Origin: an uncultured Gammaproteobacteria bacterium
Lineage (GTDB): Bacteria > Patescibacteriota > Microgenomatia > Levybacterales > UBA12049
NCBI GenBank assembly: GCA_964408485.1
Contig: CAYOZJ010000001.1
Coordinates: 28,366-92,365, forward strand
DNA: 64,000 nt
Reading direction: 5' to 3'
Shown: one piece after another, positions 16,190-26,772 of the stretch
Layout: every line of letters starts with the position of its first letter
How positions within the stretch are numbered: the stretch's first letter is position 1
Translations under genes and position numbers: made by a program
The notes under the pieces: model-generated
What the model saw: only the letters and a program-made list of their open reading frames with translations
The model's database searches: none
Told to the model about the DNA's origin: nothing

Positions 16190-18283
16190 ATGAAACTCTC
16201 AACCCCGATTACTAATGCAGGTAAACTGTATGCAAATTACGCAGGCCGCTTGGAAAAACTCGACATTTTTACCTTAAAGGATTTTTTGTATCACTTGCCA
16301 GCTCGCTATGACGACTTCTCTCATATTGTTGCAATTAAAGATTTGGTCGCTGGCGAGTTAGTAACAATACAGGGACAAATTACCGAAATAACAAATAGCT
16401 ATACACGGTCTCGTAAGCAAATTCAAAAAGCAACAATCACCGACGACAGCGGGACACTGCCTGTTATTTGGTTTAATCAACCATACATCACCAAGACGTT
16501 AAAGTTTGGTGATAGCGTGTCTTTATCAGGGAGAGTGCAATCGGATGGATTTATTCCAAGTCTTGTTGCACCTGATTTTGAAATTATTCCAATGAGCGGT
16601 AGGACAATTCATACTGGCAGGCTTGTCCCAGTGTATCCTGAGACAGCAGGGGTCAGCTCCAAATGGCTAAGACGCCAAGTAGATAAGTTACTTGCAACCT
16701 CTTATGAACTTGTTGAATTTCTACCAGATGAAACGCAAAAACGCCTTGACCTCATGCCATTTAATAAGGCCATTGCTCAGATTCATTTTCCCGATGCTCT
16801 AGGAGAATCAGAAAAAGCCCGCGAGCGCTTAGGATTTGATGAAATCTTTTTACTTCAATTAGCAAATATAAAAAGAAAAAGGGAGTGGCAAGAAAAAGTA
16901 TTAGGAAATACATTTGCGATAGAAAAATTCCAAAAGGAAATTGATAAATTTTGGGAAAGCCTACCATTTGAGCCAACAAGCGCGCAAAGACGAGCAATTC
17001 ATGAGATTATGAGTGACCTTGCTAGCCCTCATGCAATGAATAGATTACTCCAGGGAGATGTAGGAAGTGGCAAAACAATCGTCGCTGGTATTGCAATGTA
17101 TATGGCATTTTTAAATGGTTTTCAATCTGTCCTTATGGCACCAACAGAAATTTTAGCCAATCAACATTACGAAACACTAAAAAAATTACTCGAGCCGCTT
17201 GGAGTAAAGGTTGACTTAGCAACTGGTTCTAAAAAAACAGAACGCGTCATTGCGAGCGAAGCGAAGCAATCTAATATTAATAAGGAGAAGATTGCCGCGT
17301 CGTCTTCGACTCCTCGCAATGACAATTCATTTGACATCCTTATTGGTACCCATGCCGTACTTTCTGACAAGATAAATTACGAAAAATTAGGACTTGTTGT
17401 TATTGATGAGCAACATAGGTTTGGAGTAGAGCAACGATCTATTATTCGCTCCAAAGGCACAAATCCCCATGTCCTTACCATGACAGCAACACCAATCCCT
17501 CGTACCGTTGCGCTTACACTTTATGGGGATCTTGAGCTTTCTATTCTTGATGAAATGCCCAAAGGAAGACAAGTTATTAAGACATGGCTTGTCCCTAATC
17601 AAAAGCGTGAAGCAGGATATGAGTGGATAGAAAAACAAATTAAGAAAGGCGATCAGGCATTTATTGTCTGTCCGTTTATTGAAGAGTCTGAATCCCTAAC
17701 TACTATTAAAGCAGCGAGTAGTGAATTTGAACAACTTCAAAAACATGTTTTCCCAAAGCTCAAACTCGGACTTTTGCACGGAAAAATGCGAGCAAAAGAG
17801 AAAGATGAAGTTTTGGAGAAGTTTCGAAAGGGCAGTATAGATATTCTCGTCGCGACACCAGTTGTTGAAGTTGGCATAGACATTCCAAATGCAACAATTA
17901 TCCTTATTGAGGCAGCAGAAAGATTTGGACTATCACAGCTTCATCAACTCAGAGGTAGAGTTGGGAGAGGAGATAAGCAGTCATATTGCCTTCTTTTTAC
18001 CGAGAGTAGCAGCCCTCAAGCAACCCAACGTCTTAAAAGTATGGAACACATTCATAATGGCGCGGAATTAGCAGAGTTAGACTTAAAAATGCGAGGCTCT
18101 GGGGACTTATACGGCACTCTTCAACACGGCAGAAAATGGCTTAAAATAGCCTCATTTTCCGATACCAGACTTTTGGAAATAGCCAAACAAGAGGCAATAC
18201 GAGTTTTTCCAGATCTAAATAAATATCCACTTCTTATTGAGAAAATTGAAGAAACGGCCACAAAACAGGTTAGTCCAGACTGA
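16190..18283 (+). CDS. recG: ATP-dependent DNA helicase RecG
   Basis: MNRLLQGDVGSGKT, DEQHRFGV, TATPIPRT, QLRGRVGRG. Confidence 0.98.
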   Translation: MKLSTPITNAGKLYANYAGRLEKLDIFTLKDFLYHLPARYDDFSHIVAIKDLVAGELVTIQGQITEITNSYTRSRKQIQKATITDDSGTLPVIWFNQPYITKTLKFGDSVSLSGRVQSDGFIPSLVAPDFEIIPMSGRTIHTGRLVPVYPETAGVSSKWLRRQVDKLLATSYELVEFLPDETQKRLDLMPFNKAIAQIHFPDALGESEKARERLGFDEIFLLQLANIKRKREWQEKVLGNTFAIEKFQKEIDKFWESLPFEPTSAQRRAIHEIMSDLASPHAMNRLLQGDVGSGKTIVAGIAMYMAFLNGFQSVLMAPTEILANQHYETLKKLLEPLGVKVDLATGSKKTERVIASEAKQSNINKEKIAASSSTPRNDNSFDILIGTHAVLSDKINYEKLGLVVIDEQHRFGVEQRSIIRSKGTNPHVLTMTATPIPRTVALTLYGDLELSILDEMPKGRQVIKTWLVPNQKREAGYEWIEKQIKKGDQAFIVCPFIEESESLTTIKAASSEFEQLQKHVFPKLKLGLLHGKMRAKEKDEVLEKFRKGSIDILVATPVVEVGIDIPNATIILIEAAERFGLSQLHQLRGRVGRGDKQSYCLLFTESSSPQATQRLKSMEHIHNGAELAELDLKMRGSGDLYGTLQHGRKWLKIASFSDTRLLEIAKQEAIRVFPDLNKYPLLIEKIEETATKQVSPD
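17246..17323 (+). repeat. in-frame palindromic element inside recG
   Basis: 78 bp GTCATTGCGAG...CTCGCAATGAC encoding VIASEAKQSNINKEKIAASSSTPRND. Confidence 0.85.
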
Positions 18284-18325
18284 AGTCTTGCGCAGAGGCT
18301 CAGAATCAGGTAAAATAGACTCACT

Positions 18326-18535
18326 ATGCCACACGAGCCAAAACGACGACATTCAACAGGCAGAAAAGGGAAGAGACGAGCATCAATAAAGCTTGCAGTT
18401 TCTAGTCTTGTTGCATGCGCGAATTGTGGAAAAATGACCTATCCTCACAAAGTCTGTAAATTCTGTGGCTACTACAAAGGCCAGGAAATCGTTAAAATGG
18501 TATCTAAAGCAAAAGTGACAAAAACAACCAGTTAA
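18326..18535 (+). CDS. rpmF: 50S ribosomal protein L32
   Basis: PKRRHS, CxxCG...HxVCxxCGYYKG. Confidence 0.95.
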   Translation: MPHEPKRRHSTGRKGKRRASIKLAVSSLVACANCGKMTYPHKVCKFCGYYKGQEIVKMVSKAKVTKTTS

Positions 18536-18586
18536 AACATTTTTGTCATACTGAGTAAAACGAAGGATCTTATATCATCATATTGA

Positions 18587-18931
18587 ATGAAAAATCCCCT
18601 TGACCCAAGACATACAAATAGACAAAAATTAGTTGAACAACTCTTTAAGGCAGACTTCCACAAACAACCAATTACCAATAAAGCAAAGCAAATCCTAGAA
18701 AAAAAGGAAGCATTGGATGAGTATATCCGAAAAGCAGCACCTGAATTTCCTATAGAAAAGATTAATAAAGTGGATTTGGCAATTTTGCGCTTAGCAGTGT
18801 ACGAGCTTTTTATTGAGAAAAGTACGCCTCCAAAAGTTGTGGTTGATGAGGCAATCGAGCTTGCGAAAGAATACGGAGGCGAGCATAGCAGTGGCTTTAT
18901 TAACGGAGCCCTTGGCAAACTGATACAATAA
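18587..18931 (+). CDS. nusB: transcription antitermination factor NusB
   Basis: VDLAILRLAVYE, DEAIELAKEYG, FINGAL. Confidence 0.95.
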   Translation: MKNPLDPRHTNRQKLVEQLFKADFHKQPITNKAKQILEKKEALDEYIRKAAPEFPIEKINKVDLAILRLAVYELFIEKSTPPKVVVDEAIELAKEYGGEHSSGFINGALGKLIQ

Positions 18932-18940
18932 ATTAATACA

Positions 18941-19603
18941 ATGACTTTACCAGAATTTAACAATAAAAATCTTTTTGACCAGGCTTTTACTCATCGGTCA
19001 TACTTAAATGAGGCAAAAGAGAAAGTAGAATCCAACGAACGATTGGAATTTTTGGGGGACAGTATCTTGTCGTTTGTTGTTTCACGCGAACTTTTTGTTA
19101 GGTATCCAGAGTACGATGAAGGAATTCTTACTAATATTCGCTCTCTTCTTGTAAATACACGAATTCTGGCGGAAGTTGCCCATTCTCTTGGATTTGGACA
19201 ATTTCTTCTTCTCTCTAAAGGCGAGATTGAGGCAAAGGGAAGGGAAAATCAGAGCCTTCTTGCAGATAGCTTCGAGTCATATATTGGCGCACTTTTTCTT
19301 GACCAAGGACTGGAAGTTGTGTCTAAATTTGTGCTAGACAATCTTCTGCCCAAAATGAAAACAGTTGTTGAAAGTAAGCAGTTTAAAGATCCAAAAAGCC
19401 TCTTTCAAGAACAAACTCAATCTCTTCATCATGCTTCACCTGTCTATAAAGTTACCGGAGAAGCAGGACCTTCTCATGCAAAGATATTTACTGTTGGGGT
19501 ATTTGTGAAAGACATTCTAAAGGGTGAAGGAAAGGGAAAATCCAAGCAAATTGCCGAGGAAATGGCTGCAAAGCAGGCTCTTGAGAAGAAAGCTGAAAAA
19601 TGA
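18941..19603 (+). CDS. rnc: ribonuclease III
   Basis: NERLEFLGDS signature and C-terminal dsRBD. Confidence 0.98.
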   Translation: MTLPEFNNKNLFDQAFTHRSYLNEAKEKVESNERLEFLGDSILSFVVSRELFVRYPEYDEGILTNIRSLLVNTRILAEVAHSLGFGQFLLLSKGEIEAKGRENQSLLADSFESYIGALFLDQGLEVVSKFVLDNLLPKMKTVVESKQFKDPKSLFQEQTQSLHHASPVYKVTGEAGPSHAKIFTVGVFVKDILKGEGKGKSKQIAEEMAAKQALEKKAEK

Positions 19604-19616
19604 TAAAATAACACGT

Positions 19617-19841
19617 ATGTTAGTAATTAGACTCACCAAAACAGGTCACAAAGGCGAAGCAAAATATAGACTCGTTGTTACAGAGAGACGTTATCGACGA
19701 GATGGCAAACCAGCAGAGCAGCTTGGTTGGGTTGTCAAAACATCAAAGGGTATCCAAAAAGAGCTCAAAATGGATAGAGTACAATACTGGATATCTCAAG
19801 GCGCACGACCATCCGCAACAGTTAAAAAATTGATTGCGTAA
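19617..19841 (+). CDS. rpsP: 30S ribosomal protein S16
   Basis: MLVIRL, RRDGK, WISQGARPS. Confidence 0.95.
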   Translation: MLVIRLTKTGHKGEAKYRLVVTERRYRRDGKPAEQLGWVVKTSKGIQKELKMDRVQYWISQGARPSATVKKLIA

Positions 19842-19903
19842 ATTATAATTACAAAATTTATGCAATCATCCTGAGCAGTGCGAAGGATCTCATACCTAGA
19901 AAT

Positions 19904-20140
19904 ATGAAAGATATTTTAGAATACATCGTTAAAAATCTTGTAGAAGATCCAACTAGTGTTACTGTTACCGAAGAAGAGCTTGACGGTGTTGTAACACTTA
20001 CCATTACTCCAAGCAAAGAAGACATGGGAAAGCTTATTGGAAAAGGTGGCAAGATAATCCGCGCAATTCGAAATCTTATGAAAATCCCAGCAATGAAGCA
20101 AAACAAAAAAGTTAACGTCCAACTTGCTGAAAACCTCTAA
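19904..20140 (+). CDS. khpA: KH-domain RNA-binding protein
   Basis: DMGKLIGKGGKIIRAIR; rpsP-khpA-trmD synteny. Confidence 0.9.
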   Translation: MKDILEYIVKNLVEDPTSVTVTEEELDGVVTLTITPSKEDMGKLIGKGGKIIRAIRNLMKIPAMKQNKKVNVQLAENL

Positions 20141-20170
20141 AGCATATTTCAAACCTGCTACAATTACCCT

Positions 20171-20968
20171 ATGAAGGTTACTATTCTCACTCTTTTTCCC
20201 GAAATGTTTGATGGACCATTTCGAGAATCTATTCTCAAACATGCCCAGCAAAAGGGATTATTGGAAATTACGTTAGTAAATATCCGAGATTTTGGAGAAG
20301 GACGACATAAAATCGTTGACGACAAACCCTATGGGGGTGGAGTTGGAATGGTAATGAAAGTTGATATTTTAGATAAAGCGATTCAAGCAGTAAAGGATAA
20401 CTCATTAGATACAACCCAACAAAAGGTAATTCTTCTCGATGCCAGAGGAAAAACATTTGTTCAGGAAAAAGCAAAAGAATTTTCAGGACTAAAACATCTT
20501 ATTATTCTTTGTGGACACTATGAGGGTGTGGACGAAAGAATAAGAGATCTTGTCGATGAAACAATTTCCCTTGGGGACTTTATTCTGACAGGGGGAGAAA
20601 TTCCTGCAATGATTATTGTAGATAGCGTTACTAGACTTATCCCTAGTGTGTTAAAAGACGATGCAACCCTTAAGGAATCGTTCAGCATAATCCATAGCAC
20701 TGCATCCCAACCTCACCCTGACCCGGCCAGGCTTGTCAAGCAAGCAGCCTCTCTCACTTCGTTCAGTCCGGCCCTAAAAGGAGAGGGAAATCAAGGAGAT
20801 GTTTCTTTATTAGAATTTCCTCAATATACTACACCAAGAGAATACAATGGAAAAGAAGTTCCTAATGTCTTACTGTCTGGCAATCATAAAGAAATAGAAA
20901 AATGGAGAAAAGAAAAGTCTCTTGAAATAACTCAACAACACAGACCTGATCTTCTTAAAAAGAATTAA
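20171..20968 (+). CDS. trmD: tRNA (guanine37-N1)-methyltransferase
   Basis: DDKPYGGGVGM, CGHYEGVDER, SLGDFILTGGE, LLSGNH. Confidence 0.97.
   Translation: MKVTILTLFPEMFDGPFRESILKHAQQKGLLEITLVNIRDFGEGRHKIVDDKPYGGGVGMVMKVDILDKAIQAVKDNSLDTTQQKVILLDARGKTFVQEKAKEFSGLKHLIILCGHYEGVDERIRDLVDETISLGDFILTGGEIPAMIIVDSVTRLIPSVLKDDATLKESFSIIHSTASQPHPDPARLVKQAASLTSFSPALKGEGNQGDVSLLEFPQYTTPREYNGKEVPNVLLSGNHKEIEKWRKEKSLEITQQHRPDLLKKN
20711..20788 (+). repeat. in-frame nested palindromic element inside trmD
   Basis: CCTCACCCTGACC...CCCTAAAAGGAGAGGGA, matching the intergenic copy at 3091-3124. Confidence 0.7.
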
Positions 20969-20988
20969 CCACAAAAATATTGGAGTTA

Positions 20989-21828
20989 TTACTGCGCGCT
21001 CCCACTTGCAGAACTTGTTGGTGCGACAGTTACGCTTGGTGTTGGCGAAAGACTAACTATTGGACTTGGCGACACAGTTACTGTTGGCCCCGATTTAATC
21101 GGGGTTGGTGTCACTGATGGAATAATAGTTGCCGAAGAACTTGAAATAGTAGCATTTTGCAAATCATTACCACTTGCAAGAGTAGTCAAAAGCGTCTGAT
21201 CCGCTTGCCCTAGGATAGGAAGGGGATTACCGTCTTGAAAGACAATTTTTGGAATTGCTGCATAATAAAAGACAACCGTTACTGTTATTGACTCATTAGC
21301 ATTTACCGCAATTGCAATAGAATCAGACAAGGGAAGCTGTTTTTTTAATTGTGCAGCAAAACGTTGAGCAGAAAGTAAGTCCCCCTTAAGCGTTACATTT
21401 AATTGTACCGGCAACTGTGCTGTGGCTTTTCCTTTTTGATCTAACCCTGTCAAATCTCCCAATGAAAATGAATAATCTCCAAGAAGTGACCCGGATACGG
21501 CAGCGGCATTTTGGAGTGAATTCACAATGCCCGCAAAATCCTTTTCTGCAGGGAGCGCAGAGGTCGCTGTTGTTAATAGTTGATTTAACTTAACATCGTC
21601 AAGAGAGGTGAGGAGAGACAAGTTTTGACGCATAACTGAGACCTTTTGCGTATCAACGGCCAATGCATCTTTCTGCGCAAAGAAAGATTCCATTTGGGCA
21701 AGTACGACAAACCAAAAAAGTAACACGCAGACAAAAATTGTTGCAACAGGTATTATGAATGCACGATACCGATAATACAAACTTTTAAAAACTAATTGAT
21801 CAATAGTTACTCGTTGATTTGTGTTCAT
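20989..21828 (-). CDS. pilO: type IV pilus alignment protein, PilO-like, with S/T/P-rich tail
   Basis: N-terminal TM, coiled coil, ALP motif; follows pilM and pilN. Confidence 0.55.
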   Translation of the reverse strand: MNTNQRVTIDQLVFKSLYYRYRAFIIPVATIFVCVLLFWFVVLAQMESFFAQKDALAVDTQKVSVMRQNLSLLTSLDDVKLNQLLTTATSALPAEKDFAGIVNSLQNAAAVSGSLLGDYSFSLGDLTGLDQKGKATAQLPVQLNVTLKGDLLSAQRFAAQLKKQLPLSDSIAIAVNANESITVTVVFYYAAIPKIVFQDGNPLPILGQADQTLLTTLASGNDLQNATISSSSATIIPSVTPTPIKSGPTVTVSPSPIVSLSPTPSVTVAPTSSASGSAQ

Positions 21829-22358
21829 AATAAATCCCCACTTATTGTCAGGACATACTTCCCTCCCTTTTCATCGGAAACTAATCCCTCCACGGTGACA
21901 TTTTTTAAAACCTTTTTTGACGAAATGAGTGTAATAAAATTATCCACTGTCTTACCTAAAAGGGAAACATCTGAAGCAGAGACAGCAATAGATACTGTCT
22001 TTTGATCAAGAACAAAATTGGTAATACTTACGCCATCGGGAATTTGCTTTACAAAGGTTGCTATTGATTGGTCAAAATTACTTTTAGTTTTTTGAAGTAT
22101 TTTTATTTTGTTAATCCTATCAACAATAATAAGATACTTTGCTGTTTTACTCTGCAAAAGCGTTAGCTGTGCAATAATTCGCGACTCTTCATTCTTAACT
22201 GCAATAATGCTTGGGTCACGGCTTAGAAGAAAAAAAAGAATAGAAAGGGATAAAACCAATACAACAGAAACAACTGCTCCTATTTTTGAAAAAAGAAGAA
22301 GCCGTTCTTCAGAAAAGAATCCAATGTTTTTTTGTGGCAGTAGGTTAATATCACTCAT
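21825..22358 (-). CDS. pilN: PilN-like protein
   Basis: N-terminal INLLP motif, TM, IPDGVSITN. Confidence 0.8.
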   Translation of the reverse strand: MSDINLLPQKNIGFFSEERLLLFSKIGAVVSVVLVLSLSILFFLLSRDPSIIAVKNEESRIIAQLTLLQSKTAKYLIIVDRINKIKILQKTKSNFDQSIATFVKQIPDGVSITNFVLDQKTVSIAVSASDVSLLGKTVDNFITLISSKKVLKNVTVEGLVSDEKGGKYVLTISGDLL

Positions 22359-22360
22359 GG

Positions 22361-23389
22361 TCAGTCGCGCATTGCAAGCCCAGCAGCAATTGCATACTCC
22401 GGAGCATTATCAATAATATCTTTTGGCACCTCCTGCGGGACAAGAAGCTTCCATGGATTGATTATTGCTGTCTCAACATTCGTATTTGCTGTAAAATAGG
22501 TTGCAAGACCAGGAAGCTTAGCCGATCCTCCAGCTAAAATAATTTGTTTAATTGGATCATCAGCATATTTTGTATTATAAAAAGCCAATGCCTTTCTGAC
22601 TTCAGTGAGAATACTGGAAAGAATTGGCTCGGTTACTTTACCAATTTTTCCACCTAATGCGCTATCTGCAAGCCCATATGCTTTCTTGTACTCCTCAGCT
22701 TGCTGCATAGCAAAACCTAAATCCGCTGCTATTGCCCGAGAAATTGCCACCCCTCCTGTTGCAAGAGAAAAGGTAAAGACCAAAACACCATTCTTAATAA
22801 TTGCCAACGATGTACTCATTGCGCCAATATTGACAATAAGTGTTGCAGGAAAATGGTCATCGGTAATAACAGCACGTGTTAGGGAAATAATCTCTGTCTC
22901 CACAGCATTAAGGGTAAGTCCTGCGATACCCAAAATTTTTTCATATCTTTCAATAAGTCCTGTTGGTGCACCAACAAGCAAAACCTGCATAAGTGCGCCT
23001 GCTTCTTTTGTTGTCGGGCGAGAAAGCACTTTATAATCAAGGGTTATGGTTGTTAACGGAACAGGAATATATTGCTCTGCCTCCCAATAAATAGCTGATG
23101 CCAACTCTTTATCAGAAAGTGTTGGTATTTCTATAACTTTTGTATAAACCTGATTTTCAGGAAGAGCGACAGTAACATACCTTGTAGAGATTTTTGCTTC
23201 ACTGACTAAGGTCCGTATTGCTTTTGCCATTTCCTCTTGATCAAGAGGGGATTCTGACATAATTCCCCTTTGAGGAGCGGGCATAACAAGCGCAGACGAC
23301 AAGAAAAAACCATTGGTGTCTTTTGCAAGCCAAACTGCTTTTATTGCATGCGTACCGATATCAAGACCGAATGCTTTTTGTTTTGTCAT
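22361..23389 (-). CDS. pilM: type IV pilus assembly protein PilM
   Basis: GLDIG, EAEQYIP, LAGGSAKLPGL, AAGLAMR. Confidence 0.95.
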   Translation of the reverse strand: MTKQKAFGLDIGTHAIKAVWLAKDTNGFFLSSALVMPAPQRGIMSESPLDQEEMAKAIRTLVSEAKISTRYVTVALPENQVYTKVIEIPTLSDKELASAIYWEAEQYIPVPLTTITLDYKVLSRPTTKEAGALMQVLLVGAPTGLIERYEKILGIAGLTLNAVETEIISLTRAVITDDHFPATLIVNIGAMSTSLAIIKNGVLVFTFSLATGGVAISRAIAADLGFAMQQAEEYKKAYGLADSALGGKIGKVTEPILSSILTEVRKALAFYNTKYADDPIKQIILAGGSAKLPGLATYFTANTNVETAIINPWKLLVPQEVPKDIIDNAPEYAIAAGLAMRD

Positions 23390-24258
23390 TTTGGTGAAAA
23401 AATTGAAAAGAAAAATTCTGAAGGCACACTATCGTATCCCTGAAAGAAGCTTATTTTTCTAACAGTTTGCGTATCGCTTCCTCCTGCCGTACCAGTCGAG
23501 GTAATAATTTTTCCTTGAATAGGTAACCCTGCACCTTTTATGCCAATTGTCCCTGCTTTGTATAAAGGAATTACTCGCGCAAGAAGACCGCTTGTCACAT
23601 CTATTTGCATACGGTAGTTAAATGTCGCACTTCCATTTATTCCATCAACAACAAATGCTCCTGCTGCAGAGGTAGGACACGATCCTCCAGCCCCAACAGC
23701 ACAGAATGAATTAACAGAGCGTCTTGTTGCACACTGGTCAAATGCATACTTTTTAAGCGTTGGGCTAAGCCGTGTACCAGAAATGACTAATACTTCCATT
23801 GCAGGATCACTACATCCATCGGTATTTGTTCCCCAATGAACAGTAAGTGTTCCATTCCAGGCTGTTTGGAAAAGCTGAGAAGGGGTATCTGTGTGAGGGG
23901 AAAGCCATACATCGGTCCCATCATCTTGAAATACAGGATTTCCATTATTAAGGAGAAATTGACTTCCATCGATAAGAGAAATGTCCACATTGCTAATTTG
24001 TGAATTATTTTTATCATGAAGTGATACATCAGAGAGAATAGCCGCACCATTCGTGTCGCCTAATTTTACAGCCTGTTCAACACCAGCTTCTGCTGCAGAA
24101 AATGCAGCCTGCGATGCAGCTTCATCTGTTGAATTACGAAGATTGGTAATACTCCGGGAAGCAAGAGACAATCCAACGGTTAAAACAATCACCATAACAA
24201 GTACGACAATAAGAAGTGCTTGGCCCTTTTCTGATAATCTCTGGGCTTTCTTATCCAT
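23386..24258 (-). CDS. PilX-like minor pilin
   Basis: KG^QALLIVVLV...AFSAAEAGVE. Confidence 0.8.
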   Translation of the reverse strand: MDKKAQRLSEKGQALLIVVLVMVIVLTVGLSLASRSITNLRNSTDEAASQAAFSAAEAGVEQAVKLGDTNGAAILSDVSLHDKNNSQISNVDISLIDGSQFLLNNGNPVFQDDGTDVWLSPHTDTPSQLFQTAWNGTLTVHWGTNTDGCSDPAMEVLVISGTRLSPTLKKYAFDQCATRRSVNSFCAVGAGGSCPTSAAGAFVVDGINGSATFNYRMQIDVTSGLLARVIPLYKAGTIGIKGAGLPIQGKIITSTGTAGGSDTQTVRKISFFQGYDSVPSEFFFSIFSPK

Positions 24259-24369
24259 ATACTCATGATATATATCTGAAATTGAGGTGTCAACAAAGTG
24301 AATGTAGTACGTATTAGGTAGTATGTTTTACGCAATAAGATACTTTATTTATACAAAACTTTATACATA

Positions 24370-24963
24370 CTACCTATTTATATTTCGTATACCAATTGAT
24401 GTCTGGAAAACAACAGCGCTTTGAGAAGCAAGTTGCTCTGCAAACGTACTGCTTGATGATTGTTGCAGCGAAAAGTTTATTAAAATAACTGGTAAGTCAG
24501 AATTGCTTTCTTGAGAACAAGTGAATGAACATGATTTCAATGAAACCTGTGATGTATCCAGCAGACTTGCACCATTTGATGATATTGTTGAACTTGTACA
24601 CGCGTAGGTTATTTGCTGATTATCAGGCGTAAGAAGAGAAATAGAATTTGCCGTTACCGGTGGACTGCAGGGAAAAGGAGTCACCAAACCTCTCGCATCC
24701 CGAATAGTTTTAGCCATTTGTGAAAGAGTATAATTTCCATTATTTTGCACAAGTGTAACAATATCTGTTTTATGGGATGTTCTAAATGTTGTTACGAGAA
24801 TACTAAATACGATCGATCCAACGACAATAAAAATTGCAATAACGGCAAGCATTTCAACAAGAGTAAACCCACGCGAAGAGCATAGGGCGAAGGGTCTAGG
24901 GCACAGAATGTCCTTATTCTTTTTAACTCTATGCTCTGTGCTATATGCTCTATGCTTTTTCAT
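24370..24963 (-). CDS. prepilin (PilW/GspJ-like)
   Basis: RG^FTLVEML class III signal. Confidence 0.85.
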   Translation of the reverse strand: MKKHRAYSTEHRVKKNKDILCPRPFALCSSRGFTLVEMLAVIAIFIVVGSIVFSILVTTFRTSHKTDIVTLVQNNGNYTLSQMAKTIRDARGLVTPFPCSPPVTANSISLLTPDNQQITYACTSSTISSNGASLLDTSQVSLKSCSFTCSQESNSDLPVILINFSLQQSSSSTFAEQLASQSAVVFQTSIGIRNINR

Positions 24964-25508
24964 GGCGTTGGAAAAACAGTGAAATCAGAAAAACATGTAG
25001 ACAGTGTTACAGAGTGACAAAAAGGATTTAATGTGTCTTGGCATTTTGGATCATACCATGATGTCCTAACAGTTATCTTAACGTTTGCTGATAGCGCATT
25101 TACTTGACCATTTGGCGTAGGACTTACATTACAATCAGCAGAATCATGCTCGACAACAACTTCCCGTACAAATTTATCAACATTTTGACCACAACTTGTG
25201 GTTTTCACCCAACATTGTGCGTTATTACTATCAAGATCAGAGCAGGCTTTTGCCAAACAATATGTATCGTCTGGTAATAATTCTGCCGAGATTGATGCAA
25301 TATTTTCATTGCGCATATCACGAATCAGCTCAATTCCAGCTTGTGTATATTGTGTTGCAATATTTTGGTCTCTCGCAAAGTCACTATTATTTAACGCACT
25401 AAGTGATGCGCTAACAATTGCCCCAATAATAACAACTGCTGCCGTGAGCGCCACTAACACTTCAATAAGTGTCTGTCCTTTCTCATTTGAAATTTTAAAT
25501 TTCATCAC
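24960..25508 (-). CDS. prepilin (PilV/GspI-like)
   Basis: KG^QTLIEVL, AGIELIR. Confidence 0.85.
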   Translation of the reverse strand: MMKFKISNEKGQTLIEVLVALTAAVVIIGAIVSASLSALNNSDFARDQNIATQYTQAGIELIRDMRNENIASISAELLPDDTYCLAKACSDLDSNNAQCWVKTTSCGQNVDKFVREVVVEHDSADCNVSPTPNGQVNALSANVKITVRTSWYDPKCQDTLNPFCHSVTLSTCFSDFTVFPTP

Positions 25509-26164
25509 TGTATTACTCCTGTTGCAGAAACAGTTGCAATCTTAGTAAACCCATATCCGGTTATACCAATCTGGGGCGTTGCACCTGACGCATTTGTTGT
25601 CACTGCACCAGTAACCGATGAGAAGAAGAAATAGGTTGCTTTTGTTTTACTTGATGTATCAATAGTCACACCCGGATCCTGAATTTTTTTCCCAAGACAA
25701 GTCTGCGTTATTCTTCCTGACCCATCTGAATTCCCATATACTGCTTGTAACTCATAGGTGTTGGTGTTGGTATTACACTGCGCAGATAAACAAAGTGAGC
25801 TAAATGAGCAACAGGCAACTACTTGGTATCCTTCTAATTCGTACCCCTGACCAGTAAATCCATTTGCAAAACAAGTAGTATCGCGAAGTTGGGAAAGCGC
25901 TCGGGATCTGGCAGTAAAAAGGGTTGTCTTAAACTCTTTCATTGCAGTGTCTACCTGCTGAGATCTGCTGTAGCTTACAAATGAGGCAATACCAACAAGG
26001 GAAAGAATTACCATAACAGAAAAAACAATAATAAGCTCTATGAGAGTAAAACCACGCTCATGCTTTGCATGAGAATTTCCAATTTCTAATTTCCAATTTC
26101 TAACAGAAAGTGTTACGGTGTTATTTTTAGAAGAATTTGAAATTTGACATTTGAAATTTGACAT
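25505..26164 (-). CDS. prepilin (FimT/GspH-like)
   Basis: RG^FTLIELI, ARSRAL. Confidence 0.85.
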   Translation of the reverse strand: MSNFKCQISNSSKNNTVTLSVRNWKLEIGNSHAKHERGFTLIELIIVFSVMVILSLVGIASFVSYSRSQQVDTAMKEFKTTLFTARSRALSQLRDTTCFANGFTGQGYELEGYQVVACCSFSSLCLSAQCNTNTNTYELQAVYGNSDGSGRITQTCLGKKIQDPGVTIDTSSKTKATYFFFSSVTGAVTTNASGATPQIGITGYGFTKIATVSATGVIQ

Positions 26165-26173
26165 TTGAAATTT

Positions 26174-26731
26174 TTATGGGTTATTTTTTGTGTAGTATAC
26201 GCCTGAGGTACATGCACTATCTCCACCTGCAAACGAAGACGTTGAGTCTGTATCTGCTGAATTTTCAAGACATGCAGCAAGAGTATAGGTAGTACCTGTT
26301 GTATCGTAGTAATAACTTCCTACATGGTAATACGTATTACCCAGTGGGTCGCAGGGAATTTTCTGCATATAGGTTGACCCTGAGTAGGTAAAACTAGATG
26401 GAGTAGGGCAGGCAGCACTATTGAGCCTATTTGTCCCACCTTCTGGAGGATAAGTACCAGTATCAGATCTGTATAACTCAAGCGCCGATTGGATTTGTCT
26501 AACGTCAGATTTTCTTTGTGCATCTCTTGCACGCTGTCTAATACCAATAAAATTGGTCATAAGAAGCGTTGAAAGAATACCAATGATCGCAATAACAATA
26601 AGAAGTTCAATAAGAGTAAAGCCAGCGTTGCTGGAAGTTCCAAATCCCAATTTCCAAGAAACAATTAAATTCCAATACCTCAAATTCCACATTGTTTGTA
26701 TCTTGTTTCTTGTTTCTTGTTTCTTGTTCAT
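26174..26731 (-). CDS. prepilin (GspG-like)
   Basis: AG^FTLIELL, RARDAQRKSD...ALELY. Confidence 0.9.
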   Translation of the reverse strand: MNKKQETRNKIQTMWNLRYWNLIVSWKLGFGTSSNAGFTLIELLIVIAIIGILSTLLMTNFIGIRQRARDAQRKSDVRQIQSALELYRSDTGTYPPEGGTNRLNSAACPTPSSFTYSGSTYMQKIPCDPLGNTYYHVGSYYYDTTGTTYTLAACLENSADTDSTSSFAGGDSACTSGVYYTKNNP

Positions 26732-26772
26732 ACAGATCAATGGTAAATGGTAAATAATAAATCGTCAATGGG

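Noticed and set aside
17246-17323. Intein or intron explanation for the inserts in RecG, the glycosylase, TrmD and RluA
   Set aside because: They are too short, lack Cys/Ser...His-Asn intein ends and intron cores, and match intergenic palindromic repeats.
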